From Myxococcota bacterium (GTDB lineage Bacteria; Myxococcota_A; UBA796; CAJQPC01): a stretch of DNA of 64,000 bases. How positions within the stretch are numbered: the first letter of the stretch is position 1; the number at the start of each line of letters is the position of its first letter. Shown here in pieces: positions 1 through 8,445 of the stretch. Location: NCBI GenBank assembly GCA_036012755.1, contig DASCPX010000157.1:1-64000 (forward strand), read 5' to 3'. A program made the translations under genes and the position numbers. Below the pieces are notes generated by a model that was given only the letters and a program-made list of their open reading frames with translations, was not told where the DNA came from and searched no databases.

Positions 1-120
1 AGGGTATCAACAACTTGTGAGTCTCCCCCCAGACCCCCCTCGTATCCCTCCCCGGATCCTCTGGTGGAGGGGCGTAGCCTCACCGTGATGACGACGATGA
101 GCTAACCATCAACCTGTCCA

Positions 121-687
121 CTGAAGCGGGGCAACCTCACCCTGCCCGATCCCGAGGCCGAGTGCTTCACCACCTCGGGCTGGCAGACCGCAGAGCCGGT
201 CACGCCCCCCTTCACCATCGAGTACACCGTCGATGTGGCGGACTCGGACTTCGGCCATGGCGGCTACGCACACGCGAGCTTGATCTGGGACGGCGACAAC
301 TACTACGGCCTCTCCAGCGACGTGAGCCTGGTGAAGGAGACGGTCGGCTGGCACGGTCAGCAGGAGTGCCACGAGGATCTGATCACCGAAGACCAGTACG
401 TGCTGCTGGCCCAGGGGCTCGGCGAGCGGGTGGCGACGCTGCCATCGGACGGCGTCGAGACCGTCACCATCCGGCAGGTCATCACCGAGAGCGACCAGAA
501 GACGTGCTGGGCCGCCGACGACGAGCCCCTGTCCCTGGTGCACAGCTACGATAATTCCATCGGCTCGACCCTCGAGGACACCGCCATCCTCGTGGCATCC
601 GACTGCAGTGTGTGGAAGCACAACGACTTCGATCTGGCCATCGACCGCGTGAGCGTGTTCAGCGAGGACCCGGCACCCCGTGACTGA
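121..687 (+). CDS. Hypothetical acidic protein, 5' end unresolved (possible frameshift or poor sequence near window start)
   Basis: Frame with typical GC3 bias is open from about 106 to TGA at 685-687; first GTG at 235; no family recognised. Confidence 0.5.
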   Translation: MKRGNLTLPDPEAECFTTSGWQTAEPVTPPFTIEYTVDVADSDFGHGGYAHASLIWDGDNYYGLSSDVSLVKETVGWHGQQECHEDLITEDQYVLLAQGLGERVATLPSDGVETVTIRQVITESDQKTCWAADDEPLSLVHSYDNSIGSTLEDTAILVASDCSVWKHNDFDLAIDRVSVFSEDPAPRD

Positions 688-812
688 GGGCCGGCGCGCT
701 GAGACTGTCGAGGTGGTAGGCCTTGCTGGACTTCAGCTCCGCCACTCGGGACCGTTGGAGGCATGGTAAGTTAGCGGAGAGCCGCCCCCTCGTAGGGCTG
801 CGGAAGTCATCC

Positions 813-2081
813 ATGTTGTCTGCTGAATTCGCGTTGTGGCTCCTGCCGCTTGCCTGTGGAACCCCCGAAGGGGGCATGGCCCTGGACTCACCGTCTCCTG
901 ACGACACTGGGGGGACCGACAGCGATCCGGACACTGGCGACGACGACACGGGGGAGCCCGGCGACCCGTTTCCGCTGCTGCCGGCGACCCCGCTGCAGAC
1001 CGACGATCGGTGGATCCTGGATGCCAATGGGGACCGGTTCAAGCTGGCTTCGGTGAACTGGTATGGGTTTGAAGAGCTCGACTACGTGCCGGCGGGTCTC
1101 GAGATCGCCCATGTCTCCGAGATCGCCCAGTCCATCGCAGGCCTCGGCTTCAACTCGGTGCGTCTGCCCTTCTCCATGGAGATGGTCGAGCAGACCGGGG
1201 CGGTGGAGCCCCATGTGGTGGCCGCCAACCCGGAGCTGGAGGGGCGGACACCCATCGAGGTCATGGATGCGGTGATCGACGCCTTGGCTGAAGAGGGCCT
1301 CGTCGTCATCCTGGACAACCACTCCAGCGAGGCGGTCTGGTACAGCGCCACCAACGGCCTCTGGTACACCGACGAATACCCGGAGGCGATGTGGCTCTCC
1401 ATGTGGGGCGAGCTGACCGAACGCTACATGGACCATCCCGCCGTGGTGGGCTTCGACCTGCGCAATGAGCTGCGCAACGGCGCCACCTGGGGAGGCGATC
1501 CCGCGACTGACTGGAAGGCGGCGGCAGGTCGGGCAGCTGATGAGATCCTGTCCATCGACAGCACCAAGCTGATCGTGGTGGAGCCCATCAACTACGCCTC
1601 GGACTTCAGCGGGCACTACTGGGATCCGCTGGTGCTGTCCGTGGATGGCCGCCTGGTGCTCTCCCCGCACGACTACAGCTGGTTCCACACGGGCTTGGAC
1701 TCCTACGATGATCTCGCGGGGGATCTGGGCAGCTGGTGGGGCTTCCTGATCGTCCAGGACATGCCCTTCACGGCGCCGGTCTGGGTCGGCGAATTCGGCA
1801 CCTGCAACTGGGCCGACGACTGCATCGGCGGTGACACCTATGACGGGACCATCGAGGACCGGTTCAACGGCGTCTGGTTCGAACTCTTCATCCAGTACCT
1901 GGCCGCGGGGGACATCGACTGGGCCTATTGGTCCGTGAACGGCACCATGGCGCGGGGGGAGGGCCGGGAGTACGGCGCTGTGGACTGGTTCGGTGTGTTG
2001 GACGAGAGCTGGGCCGAGCCTTCGAACGAGCGGCTGTTGGACGCGCTTCAGGGGATTCAGGAGCCTTGGGCGTTTCCGTAG
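813..2081 (+). CDS. Glycoside hydrolase family 5 (endoglucanase-like) lipoprotein
   Basis: GH5 motifs VNWYGFE, FNSVRLP, ILDNH, GFDLRNE (acid/base), SPHDY, VWVGEFG (nucleophile), WAYW; LPLAC lipobox then Asp/Thr-rich linker. Confidence 0.9.
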   Translation: MLSAEFALWLLPLACGTPEGGMALDSPSPDDTGGTDSDPDTGDDDTGEPGDPFPLLPATPLQTDDRWILDANGDRFKLASVNWYGFEELDYVPAGLEIAHVSEIAQSIAGLGFNSVRLPFSMEMVEQTGAVEPHVVAANPELEGRTPIEVMDAVIDALAEEGLVVILDNHSSEAVWYSATNGLWYTDEYPEAMWLSMWGELTERYMDHPAVVGFDLRNELRNGATWGGDPATDWKAAAGRAADEILSIDSTKLIVVEPINYASDFSGHYWDPLVLSVDGRLVLSPHDYSWFHTGLDSYDDLAGDLGSWWGFLIVQDMPFTAPVWVGEFGTCNWADDCIGGDTYDGTIEDRFNGVWFELFIQYLAAGDIDWAYWSVNGTMARGEGREYGAVDWFGVLDESWAEPSNERLLDALQGIQEPWAFP

Positions 2082-2223
2082 GGTCCAGGCTCGGACGCCT
2101 TGGCGCCGAAGAGCCGCGCTGGCCCGACCTCCTCTGCACAGACGGCGGTGAACGCGTTGGAGGTTGCCCCTCCCGCCAGTGGCTGGCACCTCGTAGGTTT
2201 CTCCTGCTTGCGTCGACAAATAC

Positions 2224-2260
2224 GAAGGCCGCCGAGAACTGATGTTCAAGGCGGCCGTTC
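2224..2260 (-). terminator. Hairpin downstream of the duplicated tRNA 3' end
   Basis: GGCCGCC/GGCGGCC and GAAC/GTTC inverted repeats, followed by GTATTTG on the minus strand. Confidence 0.5.
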
Positions 2261-2265
2261 ATGTA

Positions 2266-2291
2266 GATGGTGGGCGATACTGGATTTGAAC
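2266..2291 (-). repeat. 26-bp direct repeat of the tRNA-Val 3' end (att-like)
   Basis: GATGGTGGGCGATACTGGATTTGAAC at 2266-2291 and 2354-2379. Confidence 0.9.
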
Positions 2292-2319
2292 GCGCAGGGC
2301 TTCCTGCAGTGGGCAGAGC

Positions 2320-2353
2320 AGAAAACCCCCTCGACCGAGGCCGAGAGGGTTCT
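2320..2353 (-). terminator. Intrinsic terminator after tRNA-Val
   Basis: Minus strand AGAACCCTCTCGGC-CTCG-GTCGAGGGGGTTTTCT. Confidence 0.7.
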
Positions 2354-2355
2354 GA

Positions 2356-2430
2356 TGGTGGGCGATACTGGATTTGAACCAGTGACTTCTACCGTGTGAA
2401 GGTAGCACTCTCCCACTGAGTTAATCGCCC
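2356..2430 (-). tRNA. tRNA-Val (anticodon CAC)
   Basis: Minus strand GGGCGATTAACTCAGTGGGAGAGTGCTACCTTCACACGGTAGAAGTCACTGGTTCAAATCCAGTATCGCCCACCA folds as a cloverleaf with encoded CCA. Confidence 0.97.
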
Positions 2431-2441
2431 TCAGCGGCCTC

Positions 2442-2470
2442 CGCTTAGCCACCCTGGGGCGGCGTGGCAA
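2442..2470 (-). promoter_or_regulatory. Candidate sigma70 promoter of tRNA-Val
   Basis: TTGCCA-17 bp-TAAGCG, 11 nt upstream of the tRNA; weak -10 match. Confidence 0.35.
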
Positions 2471-2577
2471 GTCAGCGTCGGATGGTCAGCCGGGCCAGCT
2501 TCGGCGGGTTCTCCAGACCCCTGTGGTCCTCCTCGAAGCGCTCCGCGACTACGGCGTCGCCGAGGCCCACTGGCACG

Positions 2578-3174
2578 CTACTCGCTGAACCCGACGCCTT
2601 CGAGCTGGTCCCGGAGCGGGTCCTCCGCGACCCCGGGGCTCGTGGTGCCTGTCAGGTGTTCGAGTCTCACCAGCGCTCGGATGAGCTGGCTCGCGCCCTC
2701 GGCCGGGTCCGTGCTCGAGATGTCGAAGCGGAACTCGGGCTCCAGGGGGGGCTCGTAGGGGTCGTCCACACCCGTGAAGTCCCGGATCTCTCCTGCCAGC
2801 GCTTTGCGCCAGACGCCCTTGTCGTCTCGATCGATGCAGGCAGCCTTCGGCGTCGAGACGTAGACCTCGACGAAGCGCTCGAGCTCCTCGCGGATGGCGT
2901 CGCGGGTGTCTCTATAGGGCGAGACCGCGGTCACGATCGCCACCACGCCGTTTCGGCTCAACAGCTTCGCCGCGAAGGCGTGCCGGCGGTTGTTCTGGAC
3001 CCGCTCGGCCCGGGAGAAGCCCAGGCTCGAGGCCAGAGGCGTGCCGCGAAGGGCCCCGGAGTCGATGACCTCGACCGAGCGTCCTCGCTCTACGAGGCGC
3101 CCTGCGAGAGCCTGCCCCAGCTCGCTCTTGCCGCTGCCGGGGAGGCCGGTGATCCAGACGGTGAAGCCCTTCAT
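2578..3174 (-). CDS. cysC: Adenylyl-sulfate (APS) kinase
   Basis: TVWITGLPGSGKS P-loop, LGFSRAER, SPYRDTR, FVEVYV, FTGVDDPYEPP. Confidence 0.92.
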   Translation of the reverse strand: MKGFTVWITGLPGSGKSELGQALAGRLVERGRSVEVIDSGALRGTPLASSLGFSRAERVQNNRRHAFAAKLLSRNGVVAIVTAVSPYRDTRDAIREELERFVEVYVSTPKAACIDRDDKGVWRKALAGEIRDFTGVDDPYEPPLEPEFRFDISSTDPAEGASQLIRALVRLEHLTGTTSPGVAEDPLRDQLEGVGFSE

Positions 3175-3209
3175 GGCGGTCTAATAAGCCCTTCGCGCGA
3201 TACCCGCAG

Positions 3210-3656
3210 ATGGTGTGGAGTGACCGCTACAGGTTGCCACTGGCGCTGATCTGCGTGCTGTGGCTCTCGTTCATGGGATGGCGCTACGCCGGCACGGTCA
3301 CGGACCGCGTCGGGTGGATCGAGCAGTGCGACCAGGACAAGGCCAGCTGCGATGGCCGCCAGGTCTTCCTCAGCCTCGTCGAGGTCATCGCCCTGCGCGA
3401 GGACGGCTACACCGTCCGCAAGGTGAACCGCGACTGGGAGGTCGACGGAGACCCTGCAGGGCGCGAACTCGGCGAGACCATCAGCGTCGTCGCTCGCTTC
3501 TCCGCCGCCGAGGACGAGCTCCGCGCCGTCGAGGTCCACGAGCATCCCTGGAGGCCCTGGAAGGTCTGGCTGGGGCTCGGAGGTCTCGCGCTGGCTGCTG
3601 GCTTCGCCTTCACCGGGCTCCGCGTCCAGGACCGAAGGCTGGCGTCCCGTGGCTGA
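3210..3656 (+). CDS. Hypothetical membrane protein
   Basis: N- and C-terminal TM helices around a small soluble domain; overlaps next gene. Confidence 0.7.
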   Translation: MVWSDRYRLPLALICVLWLSFMGWRYAGTVTDRVGWIEQCDQDKASCDGRQVFLSLVEVIALREDGYTVRKVNRDWEVDGDPAGRELGETISVVARFSAAEDELRAVEVHEHPWRPWKVWLGLGGLALAAGFAFTGLRVQDRRLASRG

Positions 3657-4143
3657 TCTCGTCACGCACATCGGCGCCGCCTTGTTCTTCAAGGGCGCCG
3701 TCCGCGGGAGGAACGCTCCCGTGTTCGTGCTCGGCACCGTGATGCCGGATGTCTGCGGGCGCGTCGTCGGCATCGCGCTCTCGAAGCTCCCCGGCTGCCC
3801 TGACCTGCTCGTCTACGGGCCCGGTGTCATCCACATGCCCCTAGGCATGATCGCCTTCTCCCTGCTCGTCGCGCTCCTGTTCCGGGCCGACCAGCGCGCC
3901 GCGGTCTTCGCCAACCTCCTCGCCGGGGCCCTGCTCCACCTCGCCATCGACCTCCTCCAACACCACGTCGGCACTGGCTACCCCCTGCTCTTCCCGTTCT
4001 CGAGCTGGCACTGGGAGCTGGGACTGATCGGCTCGGAGGCGACCATCCCCTGGTCGATCCCGGTGTTCTTGCTGGGCTTGGGACTGTGGCGTCTCAGAGG
4101 TAGCCGGCGGCCTCCAGCGCCTCCTCCAGCGCCGGGTCCATGA
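3649..4143 (+). CDS. Membrane metal-dependent hydrolase (YdjM-like)
   Basis: TH, PD, H, HLAID and YPLLFPF motif spacing; hydrophobic. Confidence 0.7.
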   Translation: MADLVTHIGAALFFKGAVRGRNAPVFVLGTVMPDVCGRVVGIALSKLPGCPDLLVYGPGVIHMPLGMIAFSLLVALLFRADQRAAVFANLLAGALLHLAIDLLQHHVGTGYPLLFPFSSWHWELGLIGSEATIPWSIPVFLLGLGLWRLRGSRRPPAPPPAPGP

Positions 4144-5416
4144 GCACCTCTCGGGCCGCGGAGGCCCTGGTCTGCTCTACCAGTGAGTCGAGATCGGCGC
4201 TGTCGTCGCCCTCGACGAGGTCACCGTCCATCCAGAGCTGCTTGCCATCGCTGGACCAGATCGCCGCAGACGTGGAGCCGCCCACCTTGCCCTCGCTGAA
4301 CTCCAGCCAGGCGCGGTCGGGGAAGGCGACGGCCTCCACCGGCCAGCCCTTCAGGACCCCGTCGAGCACCAGCCCATGGACGGACATCGCCGAGACCGGG
4401 GTGGGGAACTCGATCTCCTCCTCGGCGCCGACGACGAGCAAGGGCACGCGCTGGTTCTCCTCGTAGAGGTAGCGGCCGTGTCGGAGCAGCTGGTGCTCGC
4501 CGAGGAACTCCCCGTGGTCGCTCACCACCACCAGTCGAAAGTCCTCCATCCAGCCGTGCTCCGCGAGGACATCCAGGGCCTCGCCGAGGGTGCGGTCGGC
4601 CTTGAAGATGCCGTAGTCGTACTGGTCGCGGATCTCGACGAGGAGCTCCTGCTGCTCCCCGGCGTCCAGCTCGCCGAGCACGTAGCGGGCCCAGTCGCCG
4701 CGAATGACCTCGCCCTCGTCGTCGACCCGGAAGTAGACCCGGAGGTCTTCGTGGGTCTCGGCCCAGTCGACCTCCTCTGGAACGCCGAACCAGGGATCGT
4801 GGGCGTCAGCGATGTTCAGGAACAAGAACAGCGGCTGGTCCGTGGCAACCTCCTCGCGCAGGAGCTCCTTGAGCTGGGCGATGAAGGCGGCGCCGTACCA
4901 GGGACCGAACTGCTCGGGCGCCCGCCACACGCCGAAGCCCCGGTCGAGTCCCGACTCGGGCTGGAGCACTGGGTTCCCCGAGAGCCCGACTGTCTGGTAG
5001 CCGCGGTCGACGAAGCGCTCGGCGAGGGTGTCGTAGTCCTCGGACAGCGGCCGGATGCTGAGCTTGCGGATGACCGTGCCGTCGCCGACAAAGTGCGCTC
5101 CGTGCTGCCACACCGGTCGTCCGGTGAAGAAGCTGGCGTGGGAGGGAAAGGTCCATGACCCCGGGGCGTAGGCGTCGCAGGACATGGCGCCGTCTCTGGC
5201 CAGGCGCTCCAGGTTCGGGCTCGTCGGGCGACTGTAACCACAGGCCGAGGTGTGGTCGGCGCGGACCGTGTCGAGGACCACGAAGAGCACGGTCTGGCCG
5301 GAGGGCTCGGCCTGGGCCAGGTGTGTCCGCACGCGCTCGCCGAGGCCCAGCATCCAGGCGATGTAGACCAGGCCGACGATGATCAGGACCAGGTAGAGGG
5401 CGCCGCGGCGTGTCAT
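4094..5416 (-). CDS. Membrane-anchored sulfatase-like hydrolase/transferase (alkaline phosphatase superfamily)
   Basis: N-terminal TM; LDTVRADH, WTFPSHASFFTG, DAHDP, SDHGE, RHG, RVPL; ATG at 5416 overlaps upstream stop. Confidence 0.85.
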   Translation of the reverse strand: MTRRGALYLVLIIVGLVYIAWMLGLGERVRTHLAQAEPSGQTVLFVVLDTVRADHTSACGYSRPTSPNLERLARDGAMSCDAYAPGSWTFPSHASFFTGRPVWQHGAHFVGDGTVIRKLSIRPLSEDYDTLAERFVDRGYQTVGLSGNPVLQPESGLDRGFGVWRAPEQFGPWYGAAFIAQLKELLREEVATDQPLFLFLNIADAHDPWFGVPEEVDWAETHEDLRVYFRVDDEGEVIRGDWARYVLGELDAGEQQELLVEIRDQYDYGIFKADRTLGEALDVLAEHGWMEDFRLVVVSDHGEFLGEHQLLRHGRYLYEENQRVPLLVVGAEEEIEFPTPVSAMSVHGLVLDGVLKGWPVEAVAFPDRAWLEFSEGKVGGSTSAAIWSSDGKQLWMDGDLVEGDDSADLDSLVEQTRASAAREVLMDPALEEALEAAGYL

Positions 5417-6390
5417 CCGCGGAGGTGCGCGAACTGGGGGAGGAGCGAGAATGGGACCGGGGCCACCGAGTCGCCGATGAGCTCGATTCGGGAAGGGGCG
5501 ATGGTGCCGCCGAGCACGCTGGCGACGCCCAGGTAGCCGAGTCCGTCTGCCCGGATGCCCATGAGCCGCGCCGCGGTGGCGTCCACGGCGGGGAGCTGTG
5601 GGCCCATGACGATGGCGCCGACTGCCCGCGCACTCCCCATGATCGGTCCGTCGCCTTCCATGCCCACGACGCCGTCGACGATGCCGAAGCCGGGCGACAG
5701 CGCGCTCCAGATGTCGATGATGCTCTGCTCGATCCCGGCCCAGTGCAGGGGGTTCTTGGGCCAGCCGTAGACCGAGCCTGGCACGGTCCCGAAGAGGTTC
5801 TTGAGCGTCAGCGTCGCCCCGACCCAGTGGTGGGTCTTGAGCTTCGCCACGCTGACGAGCAGGTCGGCGCCGACCGCCGTGCCGCCCAGCTTCAGCCGAC
5901 CCAGACCCGTCAGGTCGTGGGGGAGGGTGAGCTCCACCGCCCGGTCGAGGTTCAGATCCACGAAGCGAGAGCCGACCTCTGCGAGCAGGCGGTCGAGCCC
6001 CGTGCGCTCCAGCAGGAGCTCCGTGTCCCGGTGGTGGCCCGGCCCCTCGGCGACGAGGACCTCGCTGGCGCCGAGCTTGCGGAAGGCCTCGACCGTGGCC
6101 GCGAGCAGTCGCGCGTCCGTGTTGATGGGGTGCTCCTCGTGGAACTCCACGAGGTTCGGCTTGAGCACGACGCGCTTGCCGAAGGCCCGGCGCACGACCT
6201 CGGGGAAGAGCGCTATGCCCTCGACGAGGACCTCGACCAGCCTCGCCTCGTCGTAGTCGGGGCATGCGAGCACGGCGGCGCGGGTCTCCGGCTGTCTCCG
6301 AACGTCGTAGACCTTGCGTGCCCCGGCGGCGGCGAGCGATGCGGCGGCGAGCGATGCGGCCCCGGCGAGCAGCTTGCGGCGGGTGGTCAC
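5413..6390 (-). CDS. DUF362 family protein with Tat-like signal
   Basis: TRRKLL N-terminus; VVLKPNLV, VAEGPG, KLKTH, LKNLFG, IVDGVVGMEGDGP. Confidence 0.88.
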   Translation of the reverse strand: MTTRRKLLAGAASLAAASLAAAGARKVYDVRRQPETRAAVLACPDYDEARLVEVLVEGIALFPEVVRRAFGKRVVLKPNLVEFHEEHPINTDARLLAATVEAFRKLGASEVLVAEGPGHHRDTELLLERTGLDRLLAEVGSRFVDLNLDRAVELTLPHDLTGLGRLKLGGTAVGADLLVSVAKLKTHHWVGATLTLKNLFGTVPGSVYGWPKNPLHWAGIEQSIIDIWSALSPGFGIVDGVVGMEGDGPIMGSARAVGAIVMGPQLPAVDATAARLMGIRADGLGYLGVASVLGGTIAPSRIELIGDSVAPVPFSLLPQFAHLRG

Positions 6391-7121
6391 CTCGACAGCG
6401 CCCAGGCTGCGAGCGCCGTGCGATCGACCTGGCCGCCGAACGACCCGTCGGCGTCCTGACGCTCGAGCAGCAGCTCAGCGAGGTGATCGCTGGGTCTGTC
6501 GTGGGCGCTGTGAGCGAGCATGGCGAGGGCGAGGTTCATCGTGGAGGGGTGGTCTTCGACGCCTCCTAGGAACGTGAAGCCGCGCTCCACGGCCTCTGAA
6601 GGCGGCAGGGCGAAGCAGGCCCAACCGGTCAGGTAGAGGTAGCCCCCGAGCTCGGTCCCGAGCACGTTCGGCGTGCCGGCGTTCCACCCTCCGTCCACCG
6701 ACTGGCGGTCTTGGAGGAGGCGGATGCCCTCCAGCGCTCGCGGGTGGTCCCCCAGGCCGAGCACGCGCAGGCTCGCCAGCGCCCAGGTCGTTGGCTGCAC
6801 CCAGGAGGCCGTGCCGTCGGTCCACGACCAACCCACCAGCGAGCCGTCGTAGTCGCCGGGGACCGGCCCTGGAACCCCCTCCGCAGCGAGGATCCGCTCT
6901 GTGGCGATGTCCCGGAGCGCGTCGTCGTCCACCGCCAGCGGCAGGATCAGCCAGGCCCAGCCCAGCTCCGTGCGCCGCAGCCACTCCAAGCTGGAGGCGG
7001 CTCCGGCCGCGAGCGCGTAGAGGGTCGGCTCGGGCATGGCGTCCCCCCCGGGCTGGTAGGGCCAGGCGCCTGCGGGGGTCCTCATGGACTCCAGCCAACT
7101 CAGCGCGTCTTGGCGAGGCAC
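6387..7121 (-). CDS. Prenyltransferase/squalene-oxidase repeat (alpha/alpha barrel) protein
   Basis: QW-type repeats LQDRQSVDGGW, LLERQDADGSFG; GWSW; coupled to DUF362 gene. Confidence 0.75.
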   Translation of the reverse strand: MPRQDALSWLESMRTPAGAWPYQPGGDAMPEPTLYALAAGAASSLEWLRRTELGWAWLILPLAVDDDALRDIATERILAAEGVPGPVPGDYDGSLVGWSWTDGTASWVQPTTWALASLRVLGLGDHPRALEGIRLLQDRQSVDGGWNAGTPNVLGTELGGYLYLTGWACFALPPSEAVERGFTFLGGVEDHPSTMNLALAMLAHSAHDRPSDHLAELLLERQDADGSFGGQVDRTALAAWALSR

Positions 7122-7266
7122 CGCGCCAGTCTAGACCACTGGGCCCCTTCGGATCCGCACGGGGTGGGAATCCGACCCCAGTGTGTCGCGTACGCCAAGG
7201 GGTCGAGTTCCAAGGCCCCCCTGTCGAATTCCCTCTGACATGACGAGATTCCAGGTACTTGCAGCG

Positions 7267-7280
7267 GGCACGAGGCTTGC
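7267..7280 (+). promoter_or_regulatory. Candidate sigma54 (-24/-12) promoter of ssb
   Basis: GGCACGAGGCTTGC matches GGCACG-N4-TTGC, 40 nt before the ATG. Confidence 0.6.
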
Positions 7281-7319
7281 CAGTACGTGCCGCGAACATC
7301 GACCGAAAAGGAGAACACC

Positions 7320-7709
7320 ATGTTCGATGTCAATCACGTCACCCTCGTTGGCCGCCTCGGAGCGGACCCCGAGCTTCGTCAGACCAAGAACGGAAAGAGC
7401 GTCACGAGCTTCCGGCTCGCGACGTCCCGGCCCGTGCGAACCCCGGAGGGCTGGGATCGCGTCACCGAGTGGCACCGCTGCGTCGCCTGGGAGCGGCAGG
7501 CAGAGTGGGTCGCATCAGAGCTGAAGAAGGGCGACCCAGCTGCGGTCTCGGGCAGCGTCCGCTACTCGACCTGGTTCGACGATGGTGGCCAGAAGCGCCA
7601 CTCGACGCAGATCCACGCCGAGACGGTCTCGTTCATGACGCGGAAGACCGAAACCGCCAAGCTGCCAGAGGTCAGCGTGGCGAGGGAGCCAGGAGAGCCT
7701 CCGTTCTAG
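7320..7709 (+). CDS. ssb: Single-stranded DNA-binding protein
   Basis: VNHVTLVGRLGADPELR, FRLAT, TEWHR, ends PPF; AAGGAG RBS. Confidence 0.93.
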   Translation: MFDVNHVTLVGRLGADPELRQTKNGKSVTSFRLATSRPVRTPEGWDRVTEWHRCVAWERQAEWVASELKKGDPAAVSGSVRYSTWFDDGGQKRHSTQIHAETVSFMTRKTETAKLPEVSVAREPGEPPF

Positions 7710-7749
7710 AAAGACGATATTGTCGGCCACCCTGGCACGGAGGGTGGTC

Positions 7750-8445
7750 TTGCGCCGGTTCCTGGTCATCGAAGGCCTGATCGGGGTGGGCAAGACCACG
7801 CTCTGCAAGATCATCCAGGAAGAATGGGACGCGCGGCTCGTGCTCGAACCCTGGGCGGAGAACCCGTTTCTGGCTTCGTTCTACGAGGATCCCGAGCGCT
7901 TCGCCTTCCCGGCGCAGATGTTCTACCTGGCCAGCCGCTTCAAGCAGCAGCAGAACATTCGCCAGACCGACCTCTTCCACGGAATGGTCGTGGCCGACTA
8001 CCTCTTCGAGAAGGATCGGCTCTTCGCCAAGCAGACCCTCAAGGGCGAGGAGCTGGAGCTCTACGACCAGTTCGCCGGCCTGCTGGGCGAGAGCCTCGCC
8101 AAGCCCGATCTCGTGCTCTTCCTCGATGCTCCGACCGAGACGATCCTCGATCGGATCGCCCGCAGGGCCATCGACAGCGAGCAGGTCATCTCTCCCGACT
8201 ACCTCGACGCACTCCGCGAGCGTTACTACGACTTGTGGAGGACGTACACCGCGGCGCCGGTGCGCGTTCTTCACACGGAGACCATCGACTACGTCGACAA
8301 CCCGGAGGACCAGCGGGCCATCCTCGATCAGATTCGAGGCTGGCTCGATCCCAAGAACGACCCCGGATCCCCTGCATCGGTGAACACCGAGTGGGAGGGT
8401 CAGGCCGAACTCTTCGCCGCGGGGTCCAACCAGGACGAGCAATGA
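7750..8445 (+). CDS. Deoxynucleoside kinase
   Basis: IEGLIGVGKTT, ENPFLASFY, DYLFEKD, PDLVLFLDA; start may be 7720. Confidence 0.92.
   Translation: MRRFLVIEGLIGVGKTTLCKIIQEEWDARLVLEPWAENPFLASFYEDPERFAFPAQMFYLASRFKQQQNIRQTDLFHGMVVADYLFEKDRLFAKQTLKGEELELYDQFAGLLGESLAKPDLVLFLDAPTETILDRIARRAIDSEQVISPDYLDALRERYYDLWRTYTAAPVRVLHTETIDYVDNPEDQRAILDQIRGWLDPKNDPGSPASVNTEWEGQAELFAAGSNQDEQ

Noticed and set aside
2082..2355. Intact prophage or ICE at tRNA-Val
   Set aside because: No integrase or phage genes; only the att-like repeat remains
6326..6360. 15-bp tandem repeat GCGGCGGCGAGCGAT
   Set aside because: In-frame duplication in an Ala-rich signal peptide; no sign of phase variation
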